Source: an uncultured Candidatus Saccharibacteria bacterium (lineage in GTDB: Bacteria; Patescibacteriota; Minisyncoccia; Phycocordibacterales; UBA2100). From it: a stretch of DNA of 64,000 nt. A program made the position numbers and the translations under genes. A model generated the notes under the pieces. The model was not told the DNA's origin, searched no databases, and saw only the letters and a list, made by a program, of their open reading frames with translations. Position 1 is the first letter of the stretch; every line of letters starts with the position of its first letter. Where the stretch lies: contig CAYSUJ010000002.1 of the NCBI GenBank assembly GCA_964434285.1, forward strand, positions 57,913 through 121,912, written 5' to 3'. Shown piece after piece: positions 9,050-19,693 of this stretch.

Positions 9050-10963
9050 GTGAATCATCTTTCGGGTCTCAACGATCGGCAAAAAGAAGCCGCCGAGCAT
9101 CTCGAAGGACCTCTCCTCATCGTGGCGGGAGCTGGTGCAGGAAAGACAAAGACTATTACGCACCGAATCGCTCACCTTATAGAGCAGGGGGCCCGTCCGG
9201 ACTGTATCCTCGCCGTTACCTTCACCAATAAGGCCGCTGCCGAGATGCGATCCCGAGCGCTTACACTCTTGGGGCTCGAGTCAAGCCTTTCATCCTTCTC
9301 ATCGCGCTCGCCGCGGATGACCACCTTTCACTCCCTTGGAGTGCAGATTTTGCGTGAACACGCGGGAACCTCCACTATTCCCGCCTCGTTTAACATCTGG
9401 GATCGAGACGACAGTACTCGCCTCATCAAGCGCATCCTTACTGAACGAGGACTCGAACGATTCACTCCACGCGCCGTTCTCGGACGCATATCGCGGGAAA
9501 AGGGTAAGGCACAGACGGTCGCAAGTTTCACCGAAAGCGCGCATTCTTTCGAGACTGAAGAAATTGCGGAGGTGTGGCGTCGCTATGAAGAAGGTCTTCG
9601 TCATGAGGGCGCACTCGACTTTGATGACCTCCTCCTCCACACACTCCTGCTTCTCCGGGAAAACGCCGTGGTTCGCGAGAAACTTCGTGAACGATGGCAG
9701 CATCTCACGATTGATGAATACCAAGACACAAACCGCGTGCAGTATGAGATTGCCCGCATACTTGCCGGCGAGCGGATGAATATCTGCGCCGTAGGAGATA
9801 TCGATCAAAATATCTACAGCTGGCGAGGAGCAGATCCACGTTACACACTTTCATTTGAGCGCGATTTTCCGAATGCGAAAGTGATTCTGCTCGAAGAGAA
9901 CTACCGATCGACGCAAACCATTCTCTCCGCAGCAAACGCAGTTATCGCAAAAAATACACGACGTTTTGAAAAACGACTCTTCACGGGAAATCCGACGGGC
10001 GAAGCGATCACTCTCTACGCTGGCGCGAGCGATAGGGAAGAGGCAATGTTTGTGGCGCGCACAACGCGCGAACTCCTTGGAAGCGGAGTTCTCGCGTCGG
10101 AAGTCGCAGTTCTCTTCCGTGAAAACTTCCAATCGCGCGCACTTGAGGAGGCATTCATCTGGGCCGGAATCCCGTATCGCGTGCTCGGCGTACGATTCTT
10201 TGACCGCGCCGAAGTGAAAGATGTGCTTGCCTACGTACGCGCCGCACTGAATCCGCGCGCCCTGACCGACTTTGCTCGTGCGGCAGGCACTCCCACACGC
10301 GGTATAGGAAAACAAACGCTCGAGAAAATTGCGCGGGGCGAGGATGCAGCGCTCTCCGGCGCCGCACGAGCAAAAGTGGATGGGTTCCGCGGATTACTAG
10401 GAAAAATTCGTACCGCACTCCTCGAAAAAACCGCCTCCGAGGCGCTTCGATACACCGCTCTGGAGAGCGGCATCGAGCGACTTCTTGCCGAGGACGACGA
10501 CGAGGCGCGCGAACGACTCACGAACATATTCGAACTCATTTCCCACGCCATGCGGTATGACGAACTCCCTGCGCCACAAGGAATAGAGAAACTCCTCGAA
10601 GATGCGGCGCTTATGGGCGAGCAAGATGCACTCCAAGATTCGCGCGAACGCCCCGTGTCCCTCATGACGGTTCACGCAGCAAAGGGCCTTGAGTTTGACG
10701 CGGTCTTTGTGACCGGCCTTGAACAAGGCCTCTTTCCCTCCGAGCGCGCAAACGACACCGAGCGCGATGACGAAGAGGAACGCCGACTCTTCTATGTTGC
10801 ACTCACGCGCGCGAAGAAACACTTGTATCTTACGCTCGCCGGCGCGCGCATGAAATATGGTTCCCGCGAGCACACCATTCCTTCGTCGTTCCTGCACGAC
10901 ATCGATGAGCGCCTCATCACATACGCCGATTCGCGTGCGTTTGAACCAACTATAGAATTATGA
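9050..10963 (+). CDS. pcrA: UvrD/PcrA ATP-dependent DNA helicase
   Basis: LNDRQ, AGAGAGKT, TFTNKAA, DEYQD, YSWRGA, HAAKGLEF, EERRLFYVALTRA. Confidence 0.93.
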   Translation: MNHLSGLNDRQKEAAEHLEGPLLIVAGAGAGKTKTITHRIAHLIEQGARPDCILAVTFTNKAAAEMRSRALTLLGLESSLSSFSSRSPRMTTFHSLGVQILREHAGTSTIPASFNIWDRDDSTRLIKRILTERGLERFTPRAVLGRISREKGKAQTVASFTESAHSFETEEIAEVWRRYEEGLRHEGALDFDDLLLHTLLLLRENAVVREKLRERWQHLTIDEYQDTNRVQYEIARILAGERMNICAVGDIDQNIYSWRGADPRYTLSFERDFPNAKVILLEENYRSTQTILSAANAVIAKNTRRFEKRLFTGNPTGEAITLYAGASDREEAMFVARTTRELLGSGVLASEVAVLFRENFQSRALEEAFIWAGIPYRVLGVRFFDRAEVKDVLAYVRAALNPRALTDFARAAGTPTRGIGKQTLEKIARGEDAALSGAARAKVDGFRGLLGKIRTALLEKTASEALRYTALESGIERLLAEDDDEARERLTNIFELISHAMRYDELPAPQGIEKLLEDAALMGEQDALQDSRERPVSLMTVHAAKGLEFDAVFVTGLEQGLFPSERANDTERDDEEERRLFYVALTRAKKHLYLTLAGARMKYGSREHTIPSSFLHDIDERLITYADSRAFEPTIEL

Positions 10964-11739
10964 GACGCGGCGCACGCTTAGGACAGCATTTCTTGAACGC
11001 GGATTGGGTGGCTCGTGATCTAACGAAAAGCGTTGCCGTTCGGACAGGAGAGGCAATCCTCGAAATCGGTCCCGGCACCGGGGTACTGACTCGCCATCTG
11101 CTTGCGACCGGCGCACATGTAATCGCCATAGAGAAAGACGAGATACTCGTTGAAAAACTTAACGAGACATTTGCTGATGAAATTGACTCGGGCACATTCA
11201 CTCTCTTCGAGGGAGATGTGCGAGACGTCACCCCAGATACATTCCAACTCCCCACTTCCTATGTGCTCGCAGCAAATATTCCCTACTACATAACCGGTGA
11301 GATTATCCGCCACTTCCTCACCTCACTCCATCAACCGCGCGCGGCCGCTCTCTTGATCCAGAAAGAAGTGGCTGAACGTATTGTCGCTCGCGACGGCAAG
11401 GAAAGCATCCTCTCTCTTTCGGTCAAAGCCTATGGCAAGCCACGAATCGTGGCAAAAGTACCGGCAGGATGTTTTAATCCACCCCCATCAGTAGATTCCG
11501 CAATTATTCTTATTGACGATATATCCCGTGATTTCTTCGAAATAATACAGGAAGACGTCTTTTTCAGAATCGTGAAAGCCGGTTTTGCATCCAAGCGAAA
11601 AATGCTTGCGGGGAATTTGAAGGGTGTCACGTCACATGCGGGCGAAGTTTTGAAAGAAGCTGGGCTACCCGAAAAAGTGCGAGCTGAGGATGTTGATTTA
11701 GGGGGGTGGAGGAGGGTAGTTGAAAGATTGCAAAAGTAA
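10960..11739 (+). CDS. rsmA: 16S rRNA m6,2A dimethyltransferase
   Basis: GQHFL, EIGPGTG, ANIPYYIT, FNPPPSVDSA. Confidence 0.95.
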   Translation: MRRGARLGQHFLNADWVARDLTKSVAVRTGEAILEIGPGTGVLTRHLLATGAHVIAIEKDEILVEKLNETFADEIDSGTFTLFEGDVRDVTPDTFQLPTSYVLAANIPYYITGEIIRHFLTSLHQPRAAALLIQKEVAERIVARDGKESILSLSVKAYGKPRIVAKVPAGCFNPPPSVDSAIILIDDISRDFFEIIQEDVFFRIVKAGFASKRKMLAGNLKGVTSHAGEVLKEAGLPEKVRAEDVDLGGWRRVVERLQK

Positions 11740-11850
11740 ATTTTTACTGACTCGCTCACAACTCTCGGCTCGCCGACGCTCGCCTCGGTCGCGAGCCCAG
11801 CTCGCGGTTCGGCCTTCTGTCCTCACAACGCTCCGCTCGAGTTCCCAAGA

Positions 11851-11878
11851 AAAAATCAGTGCTCAAGCACTGATTTTT
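11851..11878. terminator. Bidirectional intrinsic terminator
   Basis: AAAAATCAGTGCT-CA-AGCACTGATTTTT between convergent genes. Confidence 0.75.
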
Positions 11879-12188
11879 ATTGGGAACTCCCCATCATATC
11901 TATATTGACGCCGGAATCGACTTGGATTGGGGCGAGAGACCAGACGCAATAATAGGGAGCACTTGCGAGACCAAGGAGCCACTGGCCGGTGCGACGCGGA
12001 GGACCGAACTGATAGGTGCGCGTCGCTGGCGTCCAGATGAAGGAGCCACCTCGCGGCCCTGATAGATACACCTGAATAGCGTTGTTGTAACAGGGACGAA
12101 CCATGGTGATCTGCCCACCAAACGGGAATGCATACGTTATATGAGGAATCGAGAGTGCGATCAGTAAACCCAAAGCAAAGACACGCAT
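11877..12188 (-). CDS. Small secreted hypothetical protein
   Basis: Signal peptide ending TYA, 2 Cys; ATG preceded by TACACT. Confidence 0.7.
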   Translation of the reverse strand: MRVFALGLLIALSIPHITYAFPFGGQITMVRPCYNNAIQVYLSGPRGGSFIWTPATRTYQFGPPRRTGQWLLGLASAPYYCVWSLAPIQVDSGVNIDMMGSSQ

Positions 12189-12235
12189 GTGCACAGTGTA
12201 CATCCTACGGCTTAGCCACAGCTATACTTACACAC

Positions 12236-13189
12236 ATGCTTCATGAGGGAGGGAACTATAACGACATGATAGGAACGCAAGCTCCCGAGATCGCCTCGAT
12301 TCCAAAAGTCGACGTAGAAATGCATAATTCTTGGATACAGCGTCATCCGTATGCGGCAGTCGCGATTGGCATCGGAGGAATCTTGATTCTCGGTGGCACG
12401 ATCGTGCTACAGCGTATGAGCGTCGCACCCACTCCTCAGAGCGGCTCGTGGGGAGGTGCCGGCGGTGCGTTTTTTGGCACGGTCAGAAATGCCACGCTTC
12501 TACACACTTCCCCCAACACAACCTCAAGCGGGGGCACCGACAATTATGCCGTCATTCCAATATACGACACTTCGTCGGGAGGAGAGGGAGTTACAGTGCC
12601 TGAAGGATTGGCCGAACTTCTTGCGCTCATTGTGCGCACAGACGATACGGGCACCACATCCACAGAAACCCCCAGCGCCTATTCATTCATCCCACAGGGG
12701 CTCGTGAGTGCTGAAAAACCCGCGAAACCACGGACACAGGCCCAGGATCGCCTGCACTCATACGGAAACGCAGTTGGCACGCTCGTGAAGCCGTTCGAAG
12801 ATAACGCACGCATCAATGCGCAAACACTCAAAAATCACACCGAGGATCGAAATAATCCGGAAAAAGCGGATCAACTTAACGCCCTCGCCCTCAATCTTGC
12901 GCAACTTGGCGTGGATATCTTGGCGACAACGGGCGTACCCGAGAGCGCCGCAGCAGCACATAAAGAATACGGCACCGCATATCGCATGCTTGGCACGCGC
13001 CTCGCGGCAATAACGAAAACACAGACGGATGAGGAGTTTTTAAATGCAATTGTGAGCTATAACACCGCTGCTGAGGAACTCACGAAGAAGTTTTTATTGC
13101 TGATTGCCATCTTTAATACTAACGAGATTACTTTTTCCTCATCAGAACCAGGCAGTATATTCATGTTTAGTGCGTCTGGGTCTCTCTAA
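12236..13189 (+). CDS. Membrane-anchored hypothetical protein with helical C-terminal domain
   Basis: Long ORF with one TM helix; start uncertain. Confidence 0.7.
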   Translation: MLHEGGNYNDMIGTQAPEIASIPKVDVEMHNSWIQRHPYAAVAIGIGGILILGGTIVLQRMSVAPTPQSGSWGGAGGAFFGTVRNATLLHTSPNTTSSGGTDNYAVIPIYDTSSGGEGVTVPEGLAELLALIVRTDDTGTTSTETPSAYSFIPQGLVSAEKPAKPRTQAQDRLHSYGNAVGTLVKPFEDNARINAQTLKNHTEDRNNPEKADQLNALALNLAQLGVDILATTGVPESAAAAHKEYGTAYRMLGTRLAAITKTQTDEEFLNAIVSYNTAAEELTKKFLLLIAIFNTNEITFSSSEPGSIFMFSASGSL

Positions 13190-13207
13190 GGGCGGTATAA
13201 TAGCGGG

Positions 13208-14050
13208 GTGAAAGCTCGTTTCTCCCGCGGCGCCTCTCCCATCGCTGTTGTCGCAGCGCTCTCTGTCGCGATACTTATTGCCACCATTGGCTCGGAATTA
13301 GGCGAGCGCTTGCGCCCTGCGCCCGTGCGTGAGGTGCAGGAGCCCTCACAAGCACGGGCGTATGTCCCCATAACGGACGCCGATGGCGATGGCGTACCCG
13401 ACTGGCAGGAGGAATTCTTTGGCGCGAACGCCTCTTCAACGGTCGCGTCTTCAACCGTACCGAGCGACCCGGTGGAAGCCTTTGGCGGCGCCGTCATGCA
13501 GTCACTTGTTTCTGGCTATCTCTCACTTAAAGAATATGATCAATACACGCCCGAACGGGGAGAGATCCTCGCCGAACGCCTTGCTGCGGAAATGAAGGCG
13601 CCCGTCATCTTCGTCCCCCACACGGAATCCGAACTCACCCTCGTTGCAGAGACCGGTGAGGCACAACTTTTACGCTACCGAAGCGATATGCGTGAAGCAC
13701 TTGCGCCAATGGTCGATCTCTCTGCGGAGCCTGAATTTTCACTCTATGCGCGTTATGTCGCGACGAACGATGTGGCATGGCTCGATAAGCTCTCTGAAAC
13801 CGCAGCACGATACCGTGCGGCCGAATCAGCCGCGCTCCAGGTCGAAGTACCCATGAGCGCGAAGGAGGTACATCTCCGCGCCGTGAACGCCCTTGGAAAG
13901 TATACGGAGACCTTGGAGCGACTTGTCCGCTTTGCGGACGACCCGATAGCCTCATTGGTGCTTTTGAGAACGTATAATGAAGATGAGCGAGAATTCCTTC
14001 TCGCGTTTGATGTATTGGCAAAATTTTATGTTGAGAACATTGAGAAATAG
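13208..14050 (+). CDS. Membrane-anchored protein with a thrombospondin type-3-like Ca-binding motif
   Basis: TM helix followed by DADGDGVPDWQE. Confidence 0.75.
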   Translation: MKARFSRGASPIAVVAALSVAILIATIGSELGERLRPAPVREVQEPSQARAYVPITDADGDGVPDWQEEFFGANASSTVASSTVPSDPVEAFGGAVMQSLVSGYLSLKEYDQYTPERGEILAERLAAEMKAPVIFVPHTESELTLVAETGEAQLLRYRSDMREALAPMVDLSAEPEFSLYARYVATNDVAWLDKLSETAARYRAAESAALQVEVPMSAKEVHLRAVNALGKYTETLERLVRFADDPIASLVLLRTYNEDEREFLLAFDVLAKFYVENIEK

Positions 14051-15635
14051 TGCACATACGTTAAAGCTTCTTCTTGGCTTCTCTCTTTTACTCTGCACAC
14101 CTTTTACGGCGCATGGCCAAGCTCAGCCAAATCCAAATAATCCTAATCTGATAAACAGCACGCCACAACAAATCGCTGCATCTTCAACACTCTCTAACGA
14201 CGGAATCTTCGGCTGTCGCGGCGTCGGTGCGCAAGTCGCTAATGTAGGAACACAAACAGCAATTGGAGGCGTGTACGTTCCCGTCAACGACGCTGCTGTG
14301 ACACTTAATACAGGATTTTTGGTATATAAGGAATGTATTCTTGATGGTGTCGCACGCAAAATCGCCGAAAATGTCTCGGCGGAGTATCTCAACCAAAGCT
14401 ACCGAGCCTTCAGTCGCGGTCGCGGCGGAAATCCGCAGTATGTGACGAATATTGGGGAAGAAATGCGACGCCAGGGAAATATTATTGTCGTAAACGCACT
14501 CCAGGGCACCTATCAAAACGCTCTTTGTCCAGCATTTAAAAATACGGTGGTAGGGGGCTATGCACGACAGTTCGTACGCTCTCAAAACTCACCAGCGTCT
14601 ACCATAACCTGCAGTCTACCGACAAACCAAGATAACTATTGGGAGACTCTTGCCGCGTTCAGGGAACGCCAAAATTACCCGTACGGTGCATACCAAATAC
14701 TCGAAACCCAACTCGACGCTACTCTTGCATATAATGAAAGAAATCAACGAGAGCGCTGGGGGTGGAACAGGGGCGTCTATGATGCGGTTGATACCATTGA
14801 CAACCCATTGAATGCACGTGTGATCACCCCCGGATTTCTTATTGCTGATTCAATATCTCAGCTCAGCGGTTCCGGCTTCCGCCAGCTTGAGAATGCGAAT
14901 GAAATTGATCAAGTGGTAGGAAACCTCTTCGGCGGACTCACCACGCAACTCATTTCCGACACCCGGGGGCTTGAGGGTCTAGCGCAATCCGTAAACGGCC
15001 AACCGTCATATCTCGACCGCATGACAGCGCAAACTTCAGCAAATGTGCGTCAGCAGGCGACAAACGCCGCCCTCTCCATCATCAGTTCCGCACGCCAGAT
15101 CGAGGTGAACTACCGCACTGCAAAAGAAGCGATTGCAACAGGGTTAAGTAACGCAATCGAGCAATTGCGCTCTGCCGAGCGCCAGTGTTGGGATCTCATC
15201 ATCCCGGCCGTACAAACCTACGCTACGGGACAGGGAGTCTCACAACTAAACATTGCGACGTCGACGCAATTCTCTCAACAAATTATTGATTCGCAGATTG
15301 CACCACTTGCAACAACAACCATTAATGAGATCCGCGCATCAGACACCACCATTGGCGCTTTGAACGAACTCATATCCAGCGTGTCCAACAGCGCCTCCCA
15401 AGCAAATCAGCAACAAGCACTCCTGCGCCTCGACACACTGGTTGCAAACGGCCAGCTCCGCACCGCACAAGACGCGACGAACGCCGCGCAACAGCGTGAC
15501 AATGTGCTCGGCGCGCTTACCACGCTGGTAACAGACACCGTAAAGGGCTGGGGGGATAGTCCTGATCCTAATATCGGTTGGTGTAACGTCAACAACACTG
15601 CGGTAGTCGAGCGGTGGTTCAATGCATGGAAATAA
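14028..15635 (+). CDS. Secreted hypothetical protein, Gln/Asn-rich and helical
   Basis: Signal peptide ending AHG; overlaps both neighbours. Confidence 0.75.
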   Translation: MLRTLRNSAHTLKLLLGFSLLLCTPFTAHGQAQPNPNNPNLINSTPQQIAASSTLSNDGIFGCRGVGAQVANVGTQTAIGGVYVPVNDAAVTLNTGFLVYKECILDGVARKIAENVSAEYLNQSYRAFSRGRGGNPQYVTNIGEEMRRQGNIIVVNALQGTYQNALCPAFKNTVVGGYARQFVRSQNSPASTITCSLPTNQDNYWETLAAFRERQNYPYGAYQILETQLDATLAYNERNQRERWGWNRGVYDAVDTIDNPLNARVITPGFLIADSISQLSGSGFRQLENANEIDQVVGNLFGGLTTQLISDTRGLEGLAQSVNGQPSYLDRMTAQTSANVRQQATNAALSIISSARQIEVNYRTAKEAIATGLSNAIEQLRSAERQCWDLIIPAVQTYATGQGVSQLNIATSTQFSQQIIDSQIAPLATTTINEIRASDTTIGALNELISSVSNSASQANQQQALLRLDTLVANGQLRTAQDATNAAQQRDNVLGALTTLVTDTVKGWGDSPDPNIGWCNVNNTAVVERWFNAWK

Positions 15636-17826
15636 TATGGGCACACTCTTCCGTTCGTTCGCAGTAGTCGCTCTTGTGAGCGCCCTACTCGTACCATCCA
15701 TTTTTGCACAAGCACAAGGCACACCCGGTGTTGGCGGAACAGACACACAAGTAGAGAGTGGCGGCGGATCGGGGATCACCGATACCGCAGGAAACATGCT
15801 TGAATCTCCATCGCCCGGTGGTAAGTCGTGGTTTGAATCATGGATTTGGGACCCTCTACTTAACTTGCTCGGCACCTCACTCATGACACTCTCAGCAGTA
15901 GTACTCACTATTGCGGGTAAAGCATTTGATACGTTTTTAAAATTAATGATTCTCGACTTCCGCACCACTTTTGATGGCACCATCAAGGGGATCCAGATTG
16001 GGTGGCAATTGTTCCGCGATTTAGCCAATCTTGCAATCATTGGCATTTTTGTGTTTGTCGCAGTTATGACCATCCTGGGCAAAACTGAATTTGGTGCCAA
16101 AAAACTGATCGCTCGGGTGCTCATTGTTGCCGTCCTCATAAATTTCAGCCTCCTTTTTACCAATATCGCGATAGAGACCACAAATTTCCTCTCCACCAAA
16201 TTCTGGCAGGCAATGTCGCCCCAAATCAAAGATCAAGGCACTGCACAAACATTCCTGAAGGCGTTTGGAATCGAGAATTACTGGAGTGATTCGTCTAAAC
16301 TGGTATCTGGCGTCACCACAAACACAGGAAGTGGCCTCACGGGTTTCATGTATGGAGTCGTGGGCGCGATCGCGTTCCTCATGATCTCATACGTACTTTT
16401 GTATGGTGCATTTGTAATTACCGCACGAGCGCTCCTACTCATATTCGCACTCTTAACCTCCTCCATCGCGTTCGCATCCATTATGCTTCCCGACCATCTC
16501 GCAAAAACTTCATATGTAGGGTGGTATGCCTGGAAATCAAACCTCATCAAAGCTGCCATGTTTGGCCCTCTCCTTATTCTCTTCCTCTGGATAACCATGA
16601 AGATCATTCAAGAGGCCAATCCAAACGGAGCTGGGCGTGCGCTTTCTACACTCGCCCACACTCCCGAAAAAGTAACTCCGGAAGCATGGCAACAGATAAT
16701 CATACTTATGATCGGCACTGGCATTCTCTACATCGCCATCCGCTCCGCGGGCTCGTTTGCGAATTCCATTGCCGGATACAGTGATCTTAAATTCGGACTT
16801 GGAGCTTCACTTGCATACGGTTCGCGCGGGCTGGGGGTGGTCGGACGTAATACCGTGGGAAGATACGCGACATGGCGAGACCCCAAGAACGAACAAGCAT
16901 TGCTACTGGCGAAATCACGTCTTGCTAATTTGGAAAACCAAGGAATTAAGGGGTTCCAGCGCTGGCAGGCGCAATCTGAGGTAAGCAGGCTCGAGCGTAC
17001 GAAACGAAATTCTGCCCGGCTTGCCGGCGGCAGCTTCAACGCACTCAATTACGATGTAACTAAGAAGTTGGTGAAGAATCTCGGAGCCCAAGGGGCTCTC
17101 GGAGAAAAAAATAAGAGCTTTGAAGCTCGTCTGAAAGAGACAAGTAAAGAAGCGGCCAAGAAAGCCCTTACCGAGACCGTTTCAAAGAAAGACGCGATGA
17201 AATCAGCAGAAGAACTCACGCGACAACAAAAGGACATGCTGAAGCAACAGAAAGAGGGTGCTCAAAAAGTCGTGGAAGAGATCAGGAAATCTACCGTCCA
17301 GTCGGCAAGTGCACAAAAGGCAAGCGAACAGCACGCCGCCGCAGCAGAACGAGCAGAAAAAGTACGCTCCGACGCAGAGAGACAAAAGATTGACGTTGAC
17401 AGAGAACATTCCTCCGGAAATATAGACAAACAGAAGCGTGACGAGTTGATACGAGCACAGGATAACCGCATTGAGAAAGCAAATGAGGAAGTGCAAACTA
17501 CATTAAAGGCTATGGAGAGCATTAATCAGCCCCTTCGCGATGCAACCGCGAAATACGAGAAAATTGCCGAACAACACGAATCCTACGACGTGACAAAAGA
17601 AGCAGAGAAAATCGCAAGTAGAGTACTTGAAAACAACGTGGAAGCAATGAAAGAGAAGGCTGCCAAATATGCCTCGTGGCCCGGAACGAGAAACGGTCTC
17701 TTCGCTCAAGCGGCGCGTGCTCAGGTGAAAGAACAAAAGGCCAAGAAGGAGTCGGACGATAAATCATCCAAAGCATTCAAAAATACGCTGAAAGAAATGT
17801 TAAAGGATGTAGAGAAAGAAAAGTAA
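15622..17826 (+). CDS. Polytopic membrane protein (VirB6/TrbL-like) with C-terminal coiled coil
   Basis: GWQLFRDLAN...LIVAVLINFSL segment, several TM helices, upstream of prgI/virB4. Confidence 0.65.
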   Translation: MHGNNMGTLFRSFAVVALVSALLVPSIFAQAQGTPGVGGTDTQVESGGGSGITDTAGNMLESPSPGGKSWFESWIWDPLLNLLGTSLMTLSAVVLTIAGKAFDTFLKLMILDFRTTFDGTIKGIQIGWQLFRDLANLAIIGIFVFVAVMTILGKTEFGAKKLIARVLIVAVLINFSLLFTNIAIETTNFLSTKFWQAMSPQIKDQGTAQTFLKAFGIENYWSDSSKLVSGVTTNTGSGLTGFMYGVVGAIAFLMISYVLLYGAFVITARALLLIFALLTSSIAFASIMLPDHLAKTSYVGWYAWKSNLIKAAMFGPLLILFLWITMKIIQEANPNGAGRALSTLAHTPEKVTPEAWQQIIILMIGTGILYIAIRSAGSFANSIAGYSDLKFGLGASLAYGSRGLGVVGRNTVGRYATWRDPKNEQALLLAKSRLANLENQGIKGFQRWQAQSEVSRLERTKRNSARLAGGSFNALNYDVTKKLVKNLGAQGALGEKNKSFEARLKETSKEAAKKALTETVSKKDAMKSAEELTRQQKDMLKQQKEGAQKVVEEIRKSTVQSASAQKASEQHAAAAERAEKVRSDAERQKIDVDREHSSGNIDKQKRDELIRAQDNRIEKANEEVQTTLKAMESINQPLRDATAKYEKIAEQHESYDVTKEAEKIASRVLENNVEAMKEKAAKYASWPGTRNGLFAQAARAQVKEQKAKKESDDKSSKAFKNTLKEMLKDVEKEK

Positions 17827-17828
17827 GA

Positions 17829-18398
17829 ATGAGTATGGATGTAAACAAAGACTTTAAAGAAGCCCTTGCCCAGCGATTTAAGGAACTTCCCGCGCCGGTG
17901 CAGCAAGCCATAACATCGAGTGACATTGAGAAACGATTGCGCGAACTCGCCACCCAGCACCGACTTCACGTCGATCAATGGGATGCACTTGAAAATGAGG
18001 TTATGCTTGCCTTGCTTGGATTTGAACATCCGCAGGATCTTGAGAAAAACTTACGCAGTGCGCTTGGTGTAAGCGGCGAGACTGTGCAACATGTCGCACA
18101 AGATATAAACAGGATAGTATTCGAACCAATTCGCGAGGAGCTTGAGCGCCAGCTCGAACACCCACGGGCACAGGAAAAACAGCTCACAGGTGCCGAGGAA
18201 GCGCGGGAACAGCTCTTAAGGGGACAAAAAGCGAGTGACGCACCCCCTGTAACAACCCCTCCCGCCCCAACACCCCCCGCACCAAAAACAGATGCGACGG
18301 TGGCGCGTGCGCCCACGTCCGGCGCTTACAAACCCGGCGAAACTTCAATGGTGCGTAAATCAGTTGCTGACGACCCATATCGTGAATTGCCACAGTAA
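17829..18398 (+). CDS. Hypothetical protein with Pro-rich linker and DPYRE terminus
   Basis: ORF within the operon. Confidence 0.7.
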   Translation: MSMDVNKDFKEALAQRFKELPAPVQQAITSSDIEKRLRELATQHRLHVDQWDALENEVMLALLGFEHPQDLEKNLRSALGVSGETVQHVAQDINRIVFEPIREELERQLEHPRAQEKQLTGAEEAREQLLRGQKASDAPPVTTPPAPTPPAPKTDATVARAPTSGAYKPGETSMVRKSVADDPYRELPQ

Positions 18399-18427
18399 CA
18401 CCTCAATTCATTGGTATAATCTGGGGA

Positions 18428-18931
18428 ATGCAGTTCCAAGTGCCTCAATTCATCGAGGTCGAGGATAAGATCTTCGGACCACTTACGTTCAAACAATTCG
18501 TCTACGTTGCCGGGGGACTGGGCATCGCGTATATCCTCTGGCGCGCCCTTCCGACATTCCTTGCAGCCCCCCTTGGCCTCGCATTTGCAGGACTCGGCAT
18601 TGCGCTTGCCTTTGTACAGTACAACAGCCAGCCCTTCATCGTCGCCGTTGAGCACGCATTTTTCTACCTTATTCGCGGCAAGTTGTACCTCTGGAACAAC
18701 GAGCAGGCCGTTGCGCGCGCAAAAAAAACGAATCAAGAGACTGCTGCTTCGGCACAGGCACCGTATGTGCCACACCTTTCAGACAGCAAGCTCCACGAGC
18801 TCTCCTGGAGTCTTGATATCAACGAACGCATATCATCAGGCATCGCGAGCGGGGAAGACCGTGCACGAAATGTACCAACGGACGCACTTGTGGCGCCCGT
18901 ACGAACTGCTCGCGATGCGCTTCCCCAATAA
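18428..18931 (+). CDS. PrgI family membrane protein (VirB3-like)
   Basis: QFQVPQFIEVEDKIFGPLTFKQF plus 2 TM helices. Confidence 0.88.
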   Translation: MQFQVPQFIEVEDKIFGPLTFKQFVYVAGGLGIAYILWRALPTFLAAPLGLAFAGLGIALAFVQYNSQPFIVAVEHAFFYLIRGKLYLWNNEQAVARAKKTNQETAASAQAPYVPHLSDSKLHELSWSLDINERISSGIASGEDRARNVPTDALVAPVRTARDALPQ

Positions 18932-18933
18932 CT

Positions 18934-19596
18934 ATGCCCGAAGCATCTACGATTCGCTCAAAAAACCGCTCTACACAAGAGTTTGTGCCGATTTCTGAGG
19001 TGCGCGACGGCATTATTGTGCTTCGCGACGGCGGGCTTCGAGCAATCCTCCTTGCTTCATCGATCAACTTCGCCCTCAAATCCGAAGATGAACAAACGGC
19101 ATTTATCGTGCAGTTTCAAAACTTTCTAAACTCTCTCGATTTTTCGTGCCAAATATTCGTTGAATCGCGCATGTTAGACATCCGCCCGTATATCGCCACC
19201 CTTGAAGTGGCATATAAAAACCAGATCGATGACCTCATGCGAATACAGATCCGCGAGTACATCGAGTTTATAAAGAGCTTCACCGAGGCGGCAAATATCA
19301 TGACAAAGAATTTCTTTGTAGTGGTGCCATATGCCGCATCGTCCCTCCCTTCCATTAGTGGTGGTGTGGGGGGGAAAATATTCGGCGCAAAAAATGCACC
19401 GAGCGCGGCTGATGCGAACCGCACGTTTGAAGAAAAAGTCTCGCAACTTGAGCAGCGTATTGCCATTGTCCAACAGGGCCTTGTCCGCTGCGGTGTACGC
19501 ACCGTGCAACTCGGCACCGAGGAGGCAATCGAGCTCTTCTACAAACTCTTCAATCCTGGGGAGGAGGGAAAGCCAATGCCTCTCAATAGTGAATAG
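18934..19596 (+). CDS. VirB4/TraC N-terminal-like protein
   Basis: STQEFVPISEVRDG, SINFALKSEDEQ, FLNSLDF; lies between prgI and virB4. Confidence 0.7.
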   Translation: MPEASTIRSKNRSTQEFVPISEVRDGIIVLRDGGLRAILLASSINFALKSEDEQTAFIVQFQNFLNSLDFSCQIFVESRMLDIRPYIATLEVAYKNQIDDLMRIQIREYIEFIKSFTEAANIMTKNFFVVVPYAASSLPSISGGVGGKIFGAKNAPSAADANRTFEEKVSQLEQRIAIVQQGLVRCGVRTVQLGTEEAIELFYKLFNPGEEGKPMPLNSE

Positions 19597-19601
19597 TGTG
19601 T

Positions 19602-19680
19602 AGACTGTAGTTTGTAGTCGGGGAAATCGGATACAATAGTATCTATGTGCACATTCACTACAGACTACAAACTACAGTCT
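19602..19680. repeat. 18-bp perfect inverted repeat built from heptamer units
   Basis: AGACTGTAGTTTGTAGTC (19602-19619) / GACTACAAACTACAGTCT (19663-19680). Confidence 0.8.
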
Positions 19681-19693
19681 GCAGACTAACCCT

